Source of the DNA: an uncultured Spirochaetota bacterium
GTDB taxonomy: Bacteria; Spirochaetota; Spirochaetia; SZUA-6; Fen-1364
Direction of reading: 5' to 3'
Assembly: GCA_963745235.1 (NCBI GenBank)
Contig: CAVUXE010000057.1
Span: 15,565-79,564, forward strand
DNA length: 64,000 nucleotides
Position 1 is the first letter of the stretch, and each line of letters begins with the position of its first letter. The notes beneath the pieces are model-generated. The model did not search any database and had not been told where the DNA came from. It was given only the letters and a program-made list of their open reading frames with translations. The position numbers and the translations under genes are program-made. Of the stretch, positions 1 through 10,896 are shown piece by piece.

Positions 1-1575
1 GAGTCACCGCGACCCATGGACCGCCTGGTCTGCGGTGACGTGGGATACGGAAAGACGGAGATCGCGCTGCGCGCCGCGTTCAAGGCCGTGATGGGCGGCA
101 AGCAGGTGGCGCTCCTCGCGCCCACCACCATCCTCGTGGAGCAGCACTTCGAGACCTTCCGCGAGCGCTTTGCGAGGTTCCCGGCATCCATTGCCATGCT
201 GTCGCGCTTTCGGACCGCGAAGGAGCTGAAAGCGGCCATCGCCGACATCGCGGGCGGCAAGGTCGACATCGCCATCGGGACCCATCGCTTGATCCAGAAG
301 GACGTGAAGTTCAGGAACCTCGGCCTCCTCGTTGTGGATGAAGAGCAGCGCTTCGGAGTCAAGCACAAGGAGCGCCTGAAGCAGATCAAGAGCTCGGTGG
401 ACTGCCTCACCCTCACGGCCACCCCCATTCCGCGCACTCTCAACATGTCGCTGATGAAGGTCAGGGACATGTCCATCCTCAACAGCGCGCCGCAGAACAG
501 GCTTCCCATCGAGACGTTCGTGACGGAGTTCAACGAGGAGCTGGTGGCACGCGCCATCCGGGAGGAGATCGCGCGCGGAGGACAGGTCTACTACCTGCAC
601 AACCGCGTGGAGACCATCGGGGAGATCCACCTGTTCCTGCAGAGGCTCGTGCCGGAGGTTTCCATAGCGGTTGCCCACGGCCAGATGGAGGAGGACGGGC
701 TGGAGGAGGTGATGCGCGGGTTCGTGCATGGGGAAAGGCAGCTGCTGCTCTCCACCACCATCATCGAGAACGGCCTGGACATCCCCAACGTGAACACCAT
801 CATCATCGACCGCGCTGACAACCTGGGAATCTCCCAGCTCTACCAGCTGCGCGGGCGGGTGGGCAGAGCCGGCATCCCCGCGTATGCCTACCTCCTGTAC
901 CCCGACCGGCGGGCCCTCAGCGAGGTGGCCATGAAGCGCCTGCGGATCATCTCCGACAACACCGAGCTGGGCTCCGGTTTCCAAATCGCCCTCAAGGACC
1001 TGGAGATCCGCGGCGCCGGCAACATCCTGGGCCGGGAGCAGCACGGCTACATCCTCTCCGTGGGCTACGACCTGTACCTGAAGATGCTGGACGAGGCGGT
1101 GGCCTCTCTCTCTTCCCGCGACCGCGAGGAGGCCCCGGAGGTCTACATGGACCTGGAATACTCGGGGTACATCCCGGACTCCTACATTCCGGACGCCATG
1201 GAAAAGATGGAGGTGTACAAGAAGATCGCGGGCGTCACGACGGATGAGGAGTTCGACAAGGTCTACCGGGAGATCGAGGACAGGTTCGGCCCCGTTCCGG
1301 ACGAGGTGCACAGCGTCCTGGCCCTCGCCGAGATCCGGATCATCTGCCGCAGGCTCTTCATCACCTCCATCAAGGAGGAGAAAGGCACGCTTGCCATCGA
1401 GTTCTCACGCCTGTCCAAGGTTTCCGTGGACAAGGTGGTGCGGATGGTGAAGGAAGGGCGGGGCAGGGTCACCCTGGATCCCATGAAACCCAATGTCCTC
1501 ATCATGCGGACGGGCGCAATAGGCTTGCGGGAGAAGTCGGAGTTTCTGAGGGAGCGCCTTTCCATGCTCACTTGA
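1..1575 (+). CDS. mfd: Transcription-repair coupling factor Mfd (C-terminal part; gene starts before the window)
   Basis: MDRLVCGDVGYGKTE Walker A, DEEQRFGV, TATPIPRTL, QLRGRVGR, DLEIRGAGNILG and a C-terminal TRCF domain; frame open from position 1. Confidence 0.97.
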   Translation, partial: ESPRPMDRLVCGDVGYGKTEIALRAAFKAVMGGKQVALLAPTTILVEQHFETFRERFARFPASIAMLSRFRTAKELKAAIADIAGGKVDIAIGTHRLIQKDVKFRNLGLLVVDEEQRFGVKHKERLKQIKSSVDCLTLTATPIPRTLNMSLMKVRDMSILNSAPQNRLPIETFVTEFNEELVARAIREEIARGGQVYYLHNRVETIGEIHLFLQRLVPEVSIAVAHGQMEEDGLEEVMRGFVHGERQLLLSTTIIENGLDIPNVNTIIIDRADNLGISQLYQLRGRVGRAGIPAYAYLLYPDRRALSEVAMKRLRIISDNTELGSGFQIALKDLEIRGAGNILGREQHGYILSVGYDLYLKMLDEAVASLSSRDREEAPEVYMDLEYSGYIPDSYIPDAMEKMEVYKKIAGVTTDEEFDKVYREIEDRFGPVPDEVHSVLALAEIRIICRRLFITSIKEEKGTLAIEFSRLSKVSVDKVVRMVKEGRGRVTLDPMKPNVLIMRTGAIGLREKSEFLRERLSMLT

Positions 1576-1608
1576 GGGGAGCGGGATTCCCGCGTTATAC
1601 TGCAGGGG

Positions 1609-1956
1609 ATGAAAAGCATCCTGGTCATTGACGACGAAACCATGATCCTTGATGCGATCAAGATCATTTTCGAGGACATGGGCTATGCAGTGAAGGTCTT
1701 CTCCGATTCCCATGCGGGTATGGAAGAGGCCATCCGCAACGACTACGACCTCATCCTGGTGGACGTGCGCATGCCCGGGATGAACGGCGCTGAGGTCACG
1801 GAGGGCATCCGCAAGGGCAAGGCGGGGGCCAAGATCCTCATCATCACCGCGTATCCGAACGATCCCCTTGCCGCCCGCGCCCTGCAGGCCGGGGCGTTCG
1901 GCCTGCTGAAAAAGCCGTTCGAGATCGCGAAAATCCTGGACTTCCTCAAGGAGTGA
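1609..1956 (+). CDS. Single-domain response regulator (REC)
   Basis: ILVIDDE, DVRMPGMNG, IITAY, KKPF receiver motifs; 115 aa. Confidence 0.92.
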   Translation: MKSILVIDDETMILDAIKIIFEDMGYAVKVFSDSHAGMEEAIRNDYDLILVDVRMPGMNGAEVTEGIRKGKAGAKILIITAYPNDPLAARALQAGAFGLLKKPFEIAKILDFLKE

Positions 1957-1960
1957 GCGG

Positions 1961-3477
1961 GTGCCCAGATCCGACGAGCACGCCTATGAAGGCCTGATCC
2001 GCGAATCGGAGCGGATCCTCCAGGACGCGGGGTGATCCACCAGGAGAGCGAGTCAACCACTGAAGACCGGGCAGCCGCGCGGGGGAGGCAGGAGCTCGCG
2101 TCCCTCAAGGCCGCCGAAGGGGAAAGCGCGGACGGCTACGCGGACATCAGGATCTCCGAAGATCGCATGATGGCGGCAGCCAGCTTCTACCCGCCGGTTG
2201 GAGCCGGAAGGCCGGTGGAGTTCCTCGAGGTGCAGGAGCTCATGATCGCAAAGGGGCTGCGTTTCGGCATCTCCTGGGATACCGTCAGGTCTTCCGTCCT
2301 GGCATGCAACACCTCGCGCAAGGCCCATGCGGGAGTGGAGGTGGCGCGCGGTCGAAGGCCCACGGATGAGATTGGCCCCCGCCTGGAGGTGGAGCCGGCC
2401 CTCCTCAAGAAGGAGACAGCGGAGAGTCCCGAGGCGCAGGCGGTGGACTTCAAGGCCATCAGCCCTTTCCGCTTCGTGAAGAAGGGTGACGTCCTGGCGA
2501 GGATCACGCCGCGCATCGAGGGCACCGCGGGCATTGACGTAATGGGTGCCGTGGTTGCGTACGGCAAAGCTCCCGCCCCCCGCCTGAAGCCGGGAAAGAA
2601 CACACTGGTGACCGGTGAAACGGTGGTGGCCCAGTGCGATGGAAAGTTCGTGGCGGGGGAGGAGTCCTTCTGGGTGAGCGAGGTCCTGGAGATCCAGGGA
2701 GACGTGGACTACTCCACCGGGCACATCGACTTTGCTGGTGACGTCGTTGTGCACGGCCAGATCAAGCAGGGCTTCAAGGTGAAGGCGGGCGGGTCGCTGA
2801 CCTGCTCAAAGCTGATAGATGCCTCCGAAGTGTCATGCGGAGGTGACCTGGAGACCGGCCAGGGGATCCTGGGACGCATGCAGGGCACTGTCAAGGTGGG
2901 CGGCCGCGTGCGGGCAAAGTTCATCGAGAATTGCTACGTGGAGGCCGGCGGTGACGTGATGGTGGCCACGGGCTGCCTCAACTCCGTCATCAACACTCTG
3001 GGCGTGATCTCCACGGGCCCCCGGGGCGTGATCATCGGCGGGAAGCTGCACGCTCAGAAGGGAGTTTCGGCATTCCAGATCGGAAGCACCGCGGGCGTCC
3101 GCACGGAGATTCACTGCGGCGTCGACTACCGTGTGCAGCAGAAGCTTGCGTGGATCAGGGACAAGAACATCGAGCTGGCCCTGAAGCTCAAGGAGGTGGA
3201 GGCTACCCTTGCCTCCAAAGGGGAGAGCCCTCGCCTCGCGGCGCTGCGTGACAAGCTGAAGGCGGCCATCCGCACGATGAACGACTCCGCGAAGAAAATC
3301 ATCGCTTCTCTGGACAAGAACGAAGATGCGGCGGTGACGGCCAGCGGAGAGATCCACCATGGCGTGTTCGTGGAGATCTGCCACGTGCCGCTGGTTGTCT
3401 CCAAGCCCATGAGCCGGGTCCGCCTGGTCCTGGACAAGGCCTTCGGCATCGTGTCACCCGAGCGGCTCAGGGCCTGA
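1961..3477 (+). CDS. FapA/DUF342 family flagellar assembly protein (probable 1-nt deletion near 2030)
   Basis: GDVDYSTGHIDFAGDVVVHG, KFIEN, GVIIGG, coiled coil. A GTG at 1961 after AAGGAG reads MPRSDEHAYEGLIRESERILQDAG and joins the 2032 ORF if one G is restored in the G-run. Confidence 0.85.
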
Positions 3478-4291
3478 GAGCCCTTCCTTTGGAATGAGCG
3501 CGGGCAAAGGTCCCCACGGGGCCAATGAGCGCCTCGGGAGTCTCGACCTGTGGAACATGACCGGTGCCCTTGAGAATCATGAACCGCGCGCCGGGGATCG
3601 CTTCGGCGTATGCCCTGCCGTAGCCGGTGTCCGCAATACGGTCGGCCTCACCCCAGATCACGAGGGTCGGAGCGGTGATGCCTCGCAACCGTGCAAGCAG
3701 GCTCGCGTCTCCCATCGTGGCGCCTCCGTAGACCGCGAGCGCGGCCCGGTTGCCGGCCATTGTCGCCTGGGCCGCCGGCGGGAGCTTCGATGGATCGATG
3801 CGGAACTTTTCCGGGTCGAAGTAGCTTCGCTGGGCAACCTCAGCAAGAGAGAGGGAGAAGAAGTCCACCACCGGGTGCCCCTCGACAAGGATGCCCATTG
3901 CGTCGACCAGGATGAAGCTGCTGATCCTGCTCGAGTGCAGCAGGGCGATTTCGGAGGCGATCCAGCCGCCGATGGAGTTGCCGATCACGGTGACGTCCAC
4001 GAGGTCAAGGGCATCCAGGAGGCCGACGTACAGCTCGGCGAGGCTGGCAACGCTCGCCAGGACCTCGGGCCTGGGCGTGCCGCCAAACCCGGGGTGAGCA
4101 GGAGTGATCACGCGCGCGTGCTCCGTGGCGGCAAGAAGGTCTGCAAAACCGTTGACGGACTGCGGGCCTGCGCCTCCGTGCAGAAGGAGAAAGGGATGAC
4201 CGTCTCCACGGTCCGTCAGGGTCACCTCAACGGGTCCGAAGCCAGGGGTTGTGACAGTACGATTGCTGGTGCGGGTCTCGATAGTGCTCAT
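3467..4291 (-). CDS. Alpha/beta fold hydrolase
   Basis: LLHGGAG, GNSIGG nucleophile elbow, PTLVIWGEAD, GHVPQVE; GGAGG RBS. Confidence 0.9.
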   Translation of the reverse strand: MSTIETRTSNRTVTTPGFGPVEVTLTDRGDGHPFLLLHGGAGPQSVNGFADLLAATEHARVITPAHPGFGGTPRPEVLASVASLAELYVGLLDALDLVDVTVIGNSIGGWIASEIALLHSSRISSFILVDAMGILVEGHPVVDFFSLSLAEVAQRSYFDPEKFRIDPSKLPPAAQATMAGNRAALAVYGGATMGDASLLARLRGITAPTLVIWGEADRIADTGYGRAYAEAIPGARFMILKGTGHVPQVETPEALIGPVGTFARAHSKGRALRP

Positions 4292-4313
4292 ATTGCCTCC
4301 CTGGTTGAGAATG

Positions 4314-4406
4314 TTGACAATTGCGGTGTCCTCCTATATTGTGAACGTAATGTTCACATGAACTTATCGTTCACATGAACAATACGTTCATATGGAGGAT
4401 AGTCAA
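4314..4406. promoter_or_regulatory. Face-to-face sigma70 promoters enclosing three tandem 17-bp palindromic operators (TGAAC-N5-GTTCA)
   Basis: + strand TTGACA(4314)-17-TATTGT; - strand TTGACT(4406)-16-TATTGT; operators GTGAACgtaatGTTCAC 4341-4357, ATGAACttatcGTTCAC 4358-4374, ATGAACaatacGTTCAT 4375-4391. Confidence 0.8.
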
Positions 4407-4416
4407 GGAAATTTGC

Positions 4417-5023
4417 ATGGAAGGCACCAACGAGAAACCGGGGCGAAAGGGCCGCGGTAAAGGTGAGGGATGAAGCCCTTCACGAAGCCATTCTGGAGGC
4501 GGCAGCGACCCTCCTCATCAGCGTGGGGTTCAAGCGCTTCACGATGCAGGGGGTTGCGGCTCGGGCGAAAGCCAGCAAGGTGACCATTTACAAATGGTGG
4601 CCGTCGAAGGGAGCCCTGGCCCTGGACGCCTACGTTCACGCCATCACGGGTCGATTGCCTTCCCCGAGACCGGATCCCCTCGCAAGGACGTGGAACACCA
4701 GCTTGCCGCGCTCATCAAGTGGCTGACCACCACTTCGTCCGGCCGGGCAATCAAGGCAGCTGATCGGTGCCGCTCAGGAAGACCCCGACCTCAAGAGGGA
4801 ATTGACTCTCCGGTACATCCAGCCGAGACGGGAAATCGCTGCCCGAGCTTTTGCAAGGATGCTCGGGTGGGACCCCGTGGAAAAGAAAGATTCACTGTAC
4901 GTGGTCACTGACCAGGTCTACGGGGCCATTTACAACCGGCTCCTCTTCGGTCTTGCCCCGCTGGACGAGACCCTTGCCCGTCAGCTTGTTGACTTCTGGG
5001 CTCCCGTCGAGGACCGGGCGTAA
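4417..5023 (+). CDS. TetR/AcrR family regulator (split over several ORFs by indels)
   Basis: HEAILEAAATLL..FTMQGVAARAKASKVTIYKWWPSKGALALDA HTH; C-terminal part LRYIQPRREIA..YGAIYNRLLFG in another frame. Confidence 0.82.
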
Positions 5024-7719
5024 GAGTCAAGGACATCCCTGATCAGCGCCAGGAGCTCCTCCGCCTTGAATGGCTTGCCGATAATCCCCTGCACTGCCAG
5101 CTGGTTCACCTCGGGAGAGTTCTGTGCCGGGGGAAGTCCGCTCATGATGACCACGGGGACGCCTCCCTGCGAGGCGCGGAGGGCGGCAACAACTGCCGCG
5201 CCGCCCATGACCGGCATATCCATGTCCGTGAGGATGAGCTTGATTGGCCCATTCTGGCTCTGCGCCGCCAACTCCAGAGCAGAGGCCCCGCTGTTGGCGC
5301 TGAGCACCCTGTAGTCGTAGCTCTCCAGGATCTGCCGGGTGATCTGGAGGATGGACACATCGTCGTCGATCACCAGGACCGTCTCCCCAGATCCGAGCGG
5401 TATTGCCGGCACAGGTTCGTCCAGGTCCGGCTTCTCCGTGGCGCTCAGCGCGGGCAGATAGATGTCGAACCTGGTGCCGTGGCCCTGGGCGCTTTCGAAA
5501 AGAACAAGCCCTCCATGGCCGCGCACGATGGACTGCACCGTGGACAGCCCGAGCCCGGTCCCCTTGCCCTTCTCCTTGGTCGTGAAGAACGGATCGAAGA
5601 TCCTGTCCTGGACATCGAGAGGAATCCCGGTACCGTCATCCAGGACGCTCAGCACGACGCAGGGGCCCGACCGGGCGCCGGGGTGCAGGGAAGCCATCTC
5701 CGGCGTTATGGAGCCTCTGCGCCCCATGATCGTGATGTTCCCCCCGTCCGGCAGCGCGTCACGGGAGTTGACGCACAGGTTGATGAGGACCTGGTGCAGC
5801 TGCGTTGCGTCCCCCAGGAGGAGGGGCAGGCTCTTCGGCACGTCATTGGTGATGACGATGTTCTTCGGAAAGGACTCCGTCAGGATCGACTCGATCTCCC
5901 GGGTGACGTGACGGAGCTGCAGGGGAGCCAGCTCACCTTCGCTTCCCCGCGCAAAGGAGAGCATCTGTCGCACGATCTCGCTTCCCCTGTGGACGCTCGT
6001 TTCCAGGATCTGAAGCATCTGCAGGTCACTGGGCGCGGTGTATCGCATCCGCAGCATCTCCACGGACATCATCACGGGGGACAGGATGTTGTTGAGGTCA
6101 TGCGCAATGCCGCTCGCGAGGGTCCCCAGGCTTTCCATTCTCTGCGTCCGCCGCAGCTGCTTCTCCATCTCCTTCTGCCGGCTGATGTCCCTGTTGATGA
6201 CCAGCCGCGCCCGGGGAAAGCCCGCGGCGTCCCGCACCAGGCTCCAGCGCGAATGGACGCTGATGATACTGCCGGTTTTCGATCTTTGCCGCAGCTCTCC
6301 TTCCCATTCGCCGGCGCTCGTCAGCAGCGCCCGCGCCTCTTCGAAACGGGGGAGGTCGTCGGGAACGACGAGGTCAGGTGTCGGCGTGTTCGTCAGCTCC
6401 TCCAGCGTGTATCCGTACAGCTTCAGCGCTGCCCGGTTGCAATACAGGAGACGCTCGTCTGTCCCCCGGACCAGGATGGCATCCAGGGCAAAGTCGAGCA
6501 GGCGCGCCTGTTCGGCGATCTTTGCCTCGTCATGCCGCCTCCCCGTGATGTCTGAAACCATCCAGATGGCGCCCGTGGTCCTCCCCGCTGAGTCGCGCAG
6601 GGGTGCCGTCGAGATGCTGACGTCGACGGGAGCGCCGTCGCGCCGAGCACGGCGGCTCTCCACGTTGTGTACCGGGGAGCCCGCAAGCGTCCGCGCAAGG
6701 AACCCCTGGAAGTCCCCGACTTTCTCTCCGGGCAGGAACGGAACAGCTCTTCCCAAGGCTTCTTCCTGCGTCCACCCGAACATCTGCGTCGCCGCGGGGT
6801 TCCAGCTCTGCACCTTTCCTTCGGAGTCGATGCTGATGATGGCGATGGGGGAGGAATCTATGATGGCGCGCATGGTCCGCATGCTGGCGGCCAGCAGCTC
6901 CTTCTCCCGGGATATCTGCGCTCGAAAATGGGCGTTTTCCAGCACCGTCGGAAGGCGTCGCAGGTAGCTTGCGTCCTTGATCACGTAATCAGAGGCGCCA
7001 AGACGCATCGCCTGGACTGCAATCTCATCGTCACCCTGCCCGGCGGCAACGACCACCGGGATGCCGGGCCCCCCTTGCTCGCGGAAGGCCTTCAGGAAGT
7101 CTATGGCGTTGGTCCCTTCGAGACGGTCGTCCAGGAGAAGAACGTCGCAGCAGGGTTGCTCGCTCGCCGGGTCCTTGCGGGTCAGCCTCCATATGACTTC
7201 CAGCGCGCTGCGCGCTGCCCGCACGTGGATGTGAGGCGCGAACCGGGAGAAATGCCGCAGCATTTGCTGGAAATCTCCGCTGCTCGTGGTGGCATAAAGG
7301 ACCGCGAGCGGGCTCGCGCGTCTCACCTCCTCAACGGACTGCCGGGAAATAGCGTCACGCATCATGGCCGGCAGGCGCTGGAGGTAGTCTCCGCGCTTGA
7401 CCATGAAATCGTTCGCGCCGCTTTGCAGCGCCGCCACTGCGGCCTCTTCGCCGCCGGAGCTTGTCAGGACGACAACGGCCATTGGCAGCATGCGGTCCCG
7501 GACGAAGGGGACCAGGGAAAGGCCGCTGCCGTCAGGAAGCCCCACGTCGGCCAGGAGGATGTCGTAGGGGGAGTAGTCCGGACCGGCGGACTCGAGCATG
7601 GTGCGGGCGTCCGCAACGGAGCCCGCGGTTTCTATCCTCACCTCCGGCTCCGCGGCCCGGAGGGCCTCTGAAAAAAGGTCGATGGCGCGAGGATCATCCT
7701 CGACGTACATCACTCGCAT
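4981..7719 (-). CDS. Hybrid sensor histidine kinase REC-REC-PAS-PAS-HisKA-HATPase-REC
   Basis: Two N-terminal receivers, PAS motifs (SWNPAATQMFGW), H-box GIAHDLNNIL, NLCVNSRDA, DDGTGI, FTTK, GTGLGL, C-terminal REC. Confidence 0.93.
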   Translation of the reverse strand: MRVMYVEDDPRAIDLFSEALRAAEPEVRIETAGSVADARTMLESAGPDYSPYDILLADVGLPDGSGLSLVPFVRDRMLPMAVVVLTSSGGEEAAVAALQSGANDFMVKRGDYLQRLPAMMRDAISRQSVEEVRRASPLAVLYATTSSGDFQQMLRHFSRFAPHIHVRAARSALEVIWRLTRKDPASEQPCCDVLLLDDRLEGTNAIDFLKAFREQGGPGIPVVVAAGQGDDEIAVQAMRLGASDYVIKDASYLRRLPTVLENAHFRAQISREKELLAASMRTMRAIIDSSPIAIISIDSEGKVQSWNPAATQMFGWTQEEALGRAVPFLPGEKVGDFQGFLARTLAGSPVHNVESRRARRDGAPVDVSISTAPLRDSAGRTTGAIWMVSDITGRRHDEAKIAEQARLLDFALDAILVRGTDERLLYCNRAALKLYGYTLEELTNTPTPDLVVPDDLPRFEEARALLTSAGEWEGELRQRSKTGSIISVHSRWSLVRDAAGFPRARLVINRDISRQKEMEKQLRRTQRMESLGTLASGIAHDLNNILSPVMMSVEMLRMRYTAPSDLQMLQILETSVHRGSEIVRQMLSFARGSEGELAPLQLRHVTREIESILTESFPKNIVITNDVPKSLPLLLGDATQLHQVLINLCVNSRDALPDGGNITIMGRRGSITPEMASLHPGARSGPCVVLSVLDDGTGIPLDVQDRIFDPFFTTKEKGKGTGLGLSTVQSIVRGHGGLVLFESAQGHGTRFDIYLPALSATEKPDLDEPVPAIPLGSGETVLVIDDDVSILQITRQILESYDYRVLSANSGASALELAAQSQNGPIKLILTDMDMPVMGGAAVVAALRASQGGVPVVIMSGLPPAQNSPEVNQLAVQGIIGKPFKAEELLALIRDVLDSYARSSTGAQKSTS

Positions 7720-7745
7720 GGGTCACCTCGGTGCAGCCGTCCATC

Positions 7746-10700
7746 TCATGGTTCCCTCTCAGTTGATGCTGCCGGCAGCCAGACGCGAAACGTTGCTCCG
7801 TTTTCGGGCGCGCTTTCCACCTCTATCCAGCCGCCGATCTCCGCCACGGTGCTCTGGCAAACTGCAAGGCTCAGTCCGACGCCCTTCGTCTTTACCTGGC
7901 TGGAGCCCGGCTCCGCCCATTCTCCCTTGGTCGTAAAGAACGGCGTGAACACCCTTGGAAGATTCTCGGGGGAGATGCCCAGGCCGTTGTCCGACACTTC
8001 GAGGCAGCAGAACTCCGCTTCGCTTCGCGTGCAGACGGTTATGCACGGTGAGGGGCGCGCGATGAGAGCCTGCATGGCGTTTGTGATCAGGCTCGTGACG
8101 ATGAATGCCAGCATGGGCTGATTGACGCGAACCCGCGGGGTCGGCGGGAACGCCGTCGTCAGAGAGATCCCCTCGTTTTCCAGCTGCTCCTCGAAGAGGC
8201 CGAGGATTGCGGGAACGGCCTCTTCGAGGCGAAGCGTCTCCTGTGATGTCTGGGAAGCGCTGGTCAACGCCTGGAGCCGGTCCGTGATGTCCACGGCCCG
8301 CTGCACAGCCTTCAGGGCCTCCCCGATGTAGGTGCGCGCCCCGGCCGGTAGGCCGGCATCCAGGGAGAGCAACGTCCAGGTACCCTTTGACCGCGGCGTT
8401 GATGTTGTTGAACTGGTGCGCAATCCCCGCCGCCAGCGTCCCCAGGCTTTCCAGCCTCTGCGCCCTGATGATCTGCGCCTGCAGGGCCCTCTGGCTCGTG
8501 ACATCGCGGGCGATGCACGTGATGCCCACGATCTGCCCGCCTGCGTCCGTCACAAATGAGATGGATGTGGACACGTTCACCGTCTTGCCATCCTTGCGCG
8601 TGACCGTGCTCTCCAGGCCCACCACGTGCCCTTCGCTCCGCAGCTTCTCCCTCAGCGCTGGCTCCTGGTTCACTATCTCCAGTGAAAGAAGCGGGTTGAT
8701 GGATCTGCCGATTATTTCCTCAGCCGCGTATCCGAAGATCTTCTCCGCCCCTTTGTTCCAGCTGGTCACAATGTCGTCAAGATCGATTCCGATGATGGCG
8801 TCGTTCGAAGACTCCACCATCGCGGCAAGACGGAGATTCTTCTCCTCCATCTGGCGGCGCTCCGTCATGTCCCGGGAAATGCCGAATGTCCCGACGATCT
8901 CTCCCTTGTCGTCCAGCAGCGGCATCTTGGTGGAGGAAACCCACGTCAAGGGCCGGTCCGTCCAGATTTCCTGCTCCACGGCGTTGACGAGTGGTTGCCC
9001 GGTGCGAATGATCTGCTGTTCGTCGTTGTATGCTTTCTGGGCGTGCTGCGGGGCAAAAAAATCGAAGTCCGTCTTGCCAAGCACATCGGCAGGGCTCTTT
9101 GCCCCCAACTCCCGCACATGGGCCTTGTTGTTGAGAATGAACCTGCTTTCCCTGTCCTTGAAATAGATATAGTCGGGGACGTTGTCCATCAGGGCTGTCA
9201 GGAACGCCCTCTCCCGGGCAAGCGCAGCCTCTGCCTTGACGCGCTCGGTCACGTCCTCCACGAACCCTTCGAGGAGCGGGGTGGAAGAACCGATGGGGAC
9301 GTATGCCCTCAGCATCAGTTGGGCGATGACCGTGCTTCCGTTCCTGTGGCGATAGCGGTTCTCAACCCTCCGCCATTGGCGGTCTTTCAGGACGAGCGTC
9401 AATGATGGCTGGGCGTTGCCCGGGGTCCTCGTACAAGACCTCGGCCACGTTTTTCCTGTTGACCGCGTCGATGAGCTGCACGGGGAAGTCGTATCCCACC
9501 ATTCTCGCGAACGCGGGGTTGACGCTTATCAGCTTTCCCTCCAGGGTGGATTGAAATATGCCGATGGGCGCTTCCATGAAGATGGTGCGATAGCGCTCCT
9601 CGCTTTGCCGCTGCGCCTCCTGCGCTTTCTTGAGGGCCGATATGTCCTTGGTGATTCCGACAACGCCCGCGACAATCCCATCCGCATCGAAGATGGGCAC
9701 TTTCGTGGTCAGGATCCAGTGCGTTGTGCCGCCAACCAGCTTTGGCTCTTCCTTGTTGATCAATCTCCTTCCCTGTCCAATGATGAGGCGTTCGTCGGCC
9801 GCGAACTCCGCCGCCATTTCCGCGGGGTAAAAGTCCCGGTCCGTCCTGCCGATGAGGTCCTCCGGCTTCGTGGCCTGCATGATGTCCGCCACGGGTTTGT
9901 TGACCAGGATGAAACGACCGCGCGTGTCCTTCAGGAAGATACCGTCAGGAAGAGTGTTGACGACGGTCCGCAGGAGGGACCTTTCCTCATCGATCCTCCG
10001 TTCCAGCTTCTTGCGCTCGGTGATGTCGCGGACAATCCCGAGAATGCCCGTTGCGGCCCCGGACGCGTCGCTGAACGGCAATTTCGTCGTAAGCGCCCAT
10101 GCGTGAACGCCAGCCGCCGAAATGATCTCCTCCTCTATGTCCGTCTCACCTGTGGCGCTTTTCAGGATCTGCCTGTCGTATTCGGAATAGAGGTCCGCAA
10201 CCTCTTTCGGGAAGAAGTCATGATCTGTCTTGCCGATCATCTGTTCAGGAGACGACATGCCCGCCCATGTCGCGAGCTGCCGGTTGGCAAGCACGAACCT
10301 CCCCTCGCGGTCCTTGATGAATATCTGGTCGGGGACGCTGTCGATGACCGCGCGGACAACGGAGCGTTCCTCCCTGAGCCTGCTCTCCAGGCGCTTGTAG
10401 TCGGTAAAGTCGACAACGTTCACGAGCATGTACGGGTACGCATCTGTTTCCGAAGGGATGAAGGTCCTGACGAGAAGGTCGAGCCTCTTGCCGGTCAAAG
10501 TCCGCGCGCTGGTCTCTGCTTCGAATCGTTCGCGACCCTCCGCCATTGCGGCAAAGAGATCAATGAAGTCTCCCATGGCCCCCGGATCAAGCGTGGTGTC
10601 CAGGGGACCCAGGAGGTCGGCCCTGCTCCCGGCCTCGTACAGCCTGAGGGTGGCCTCGTTGACGTCAACCACGCGGACCGCTCGAACCCCTTTTCGGACC

Positions 10701-10876
10701 AGGGCGGGATGGGCGCGCAGGTATGCCCGGAGGTCCGGGATCCTGCGTGAGGTCCACTGCTTGATGAGCTCCCGCAGGCCGGAAATGTCCTCTTCCCAGA
10801 GAGACACCGAGGAATGCTCGAAGATGCTGCGGTACCTGTCTGCCGCGGCCCGCGATGTGGCGGTTCTCTTTTTCAT
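7746..10876 (-). CDS. Multi-PAS sensor histidine kinase (one gene broken by about 2 indels into ORFs 9362-10876, 7759-9402 and 7746-8504)
   Basis: About six PAS/PAC repeats (IFxKD..GRF...GKTDxDFF), H-box GIAHQFNNIN, HATPase DNGLGI..FFTTKGE..GVGLSL. Confidence 0.85.
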
Positions 10877-10896
10877 GCGGCACGTCCCTCAGTGCG

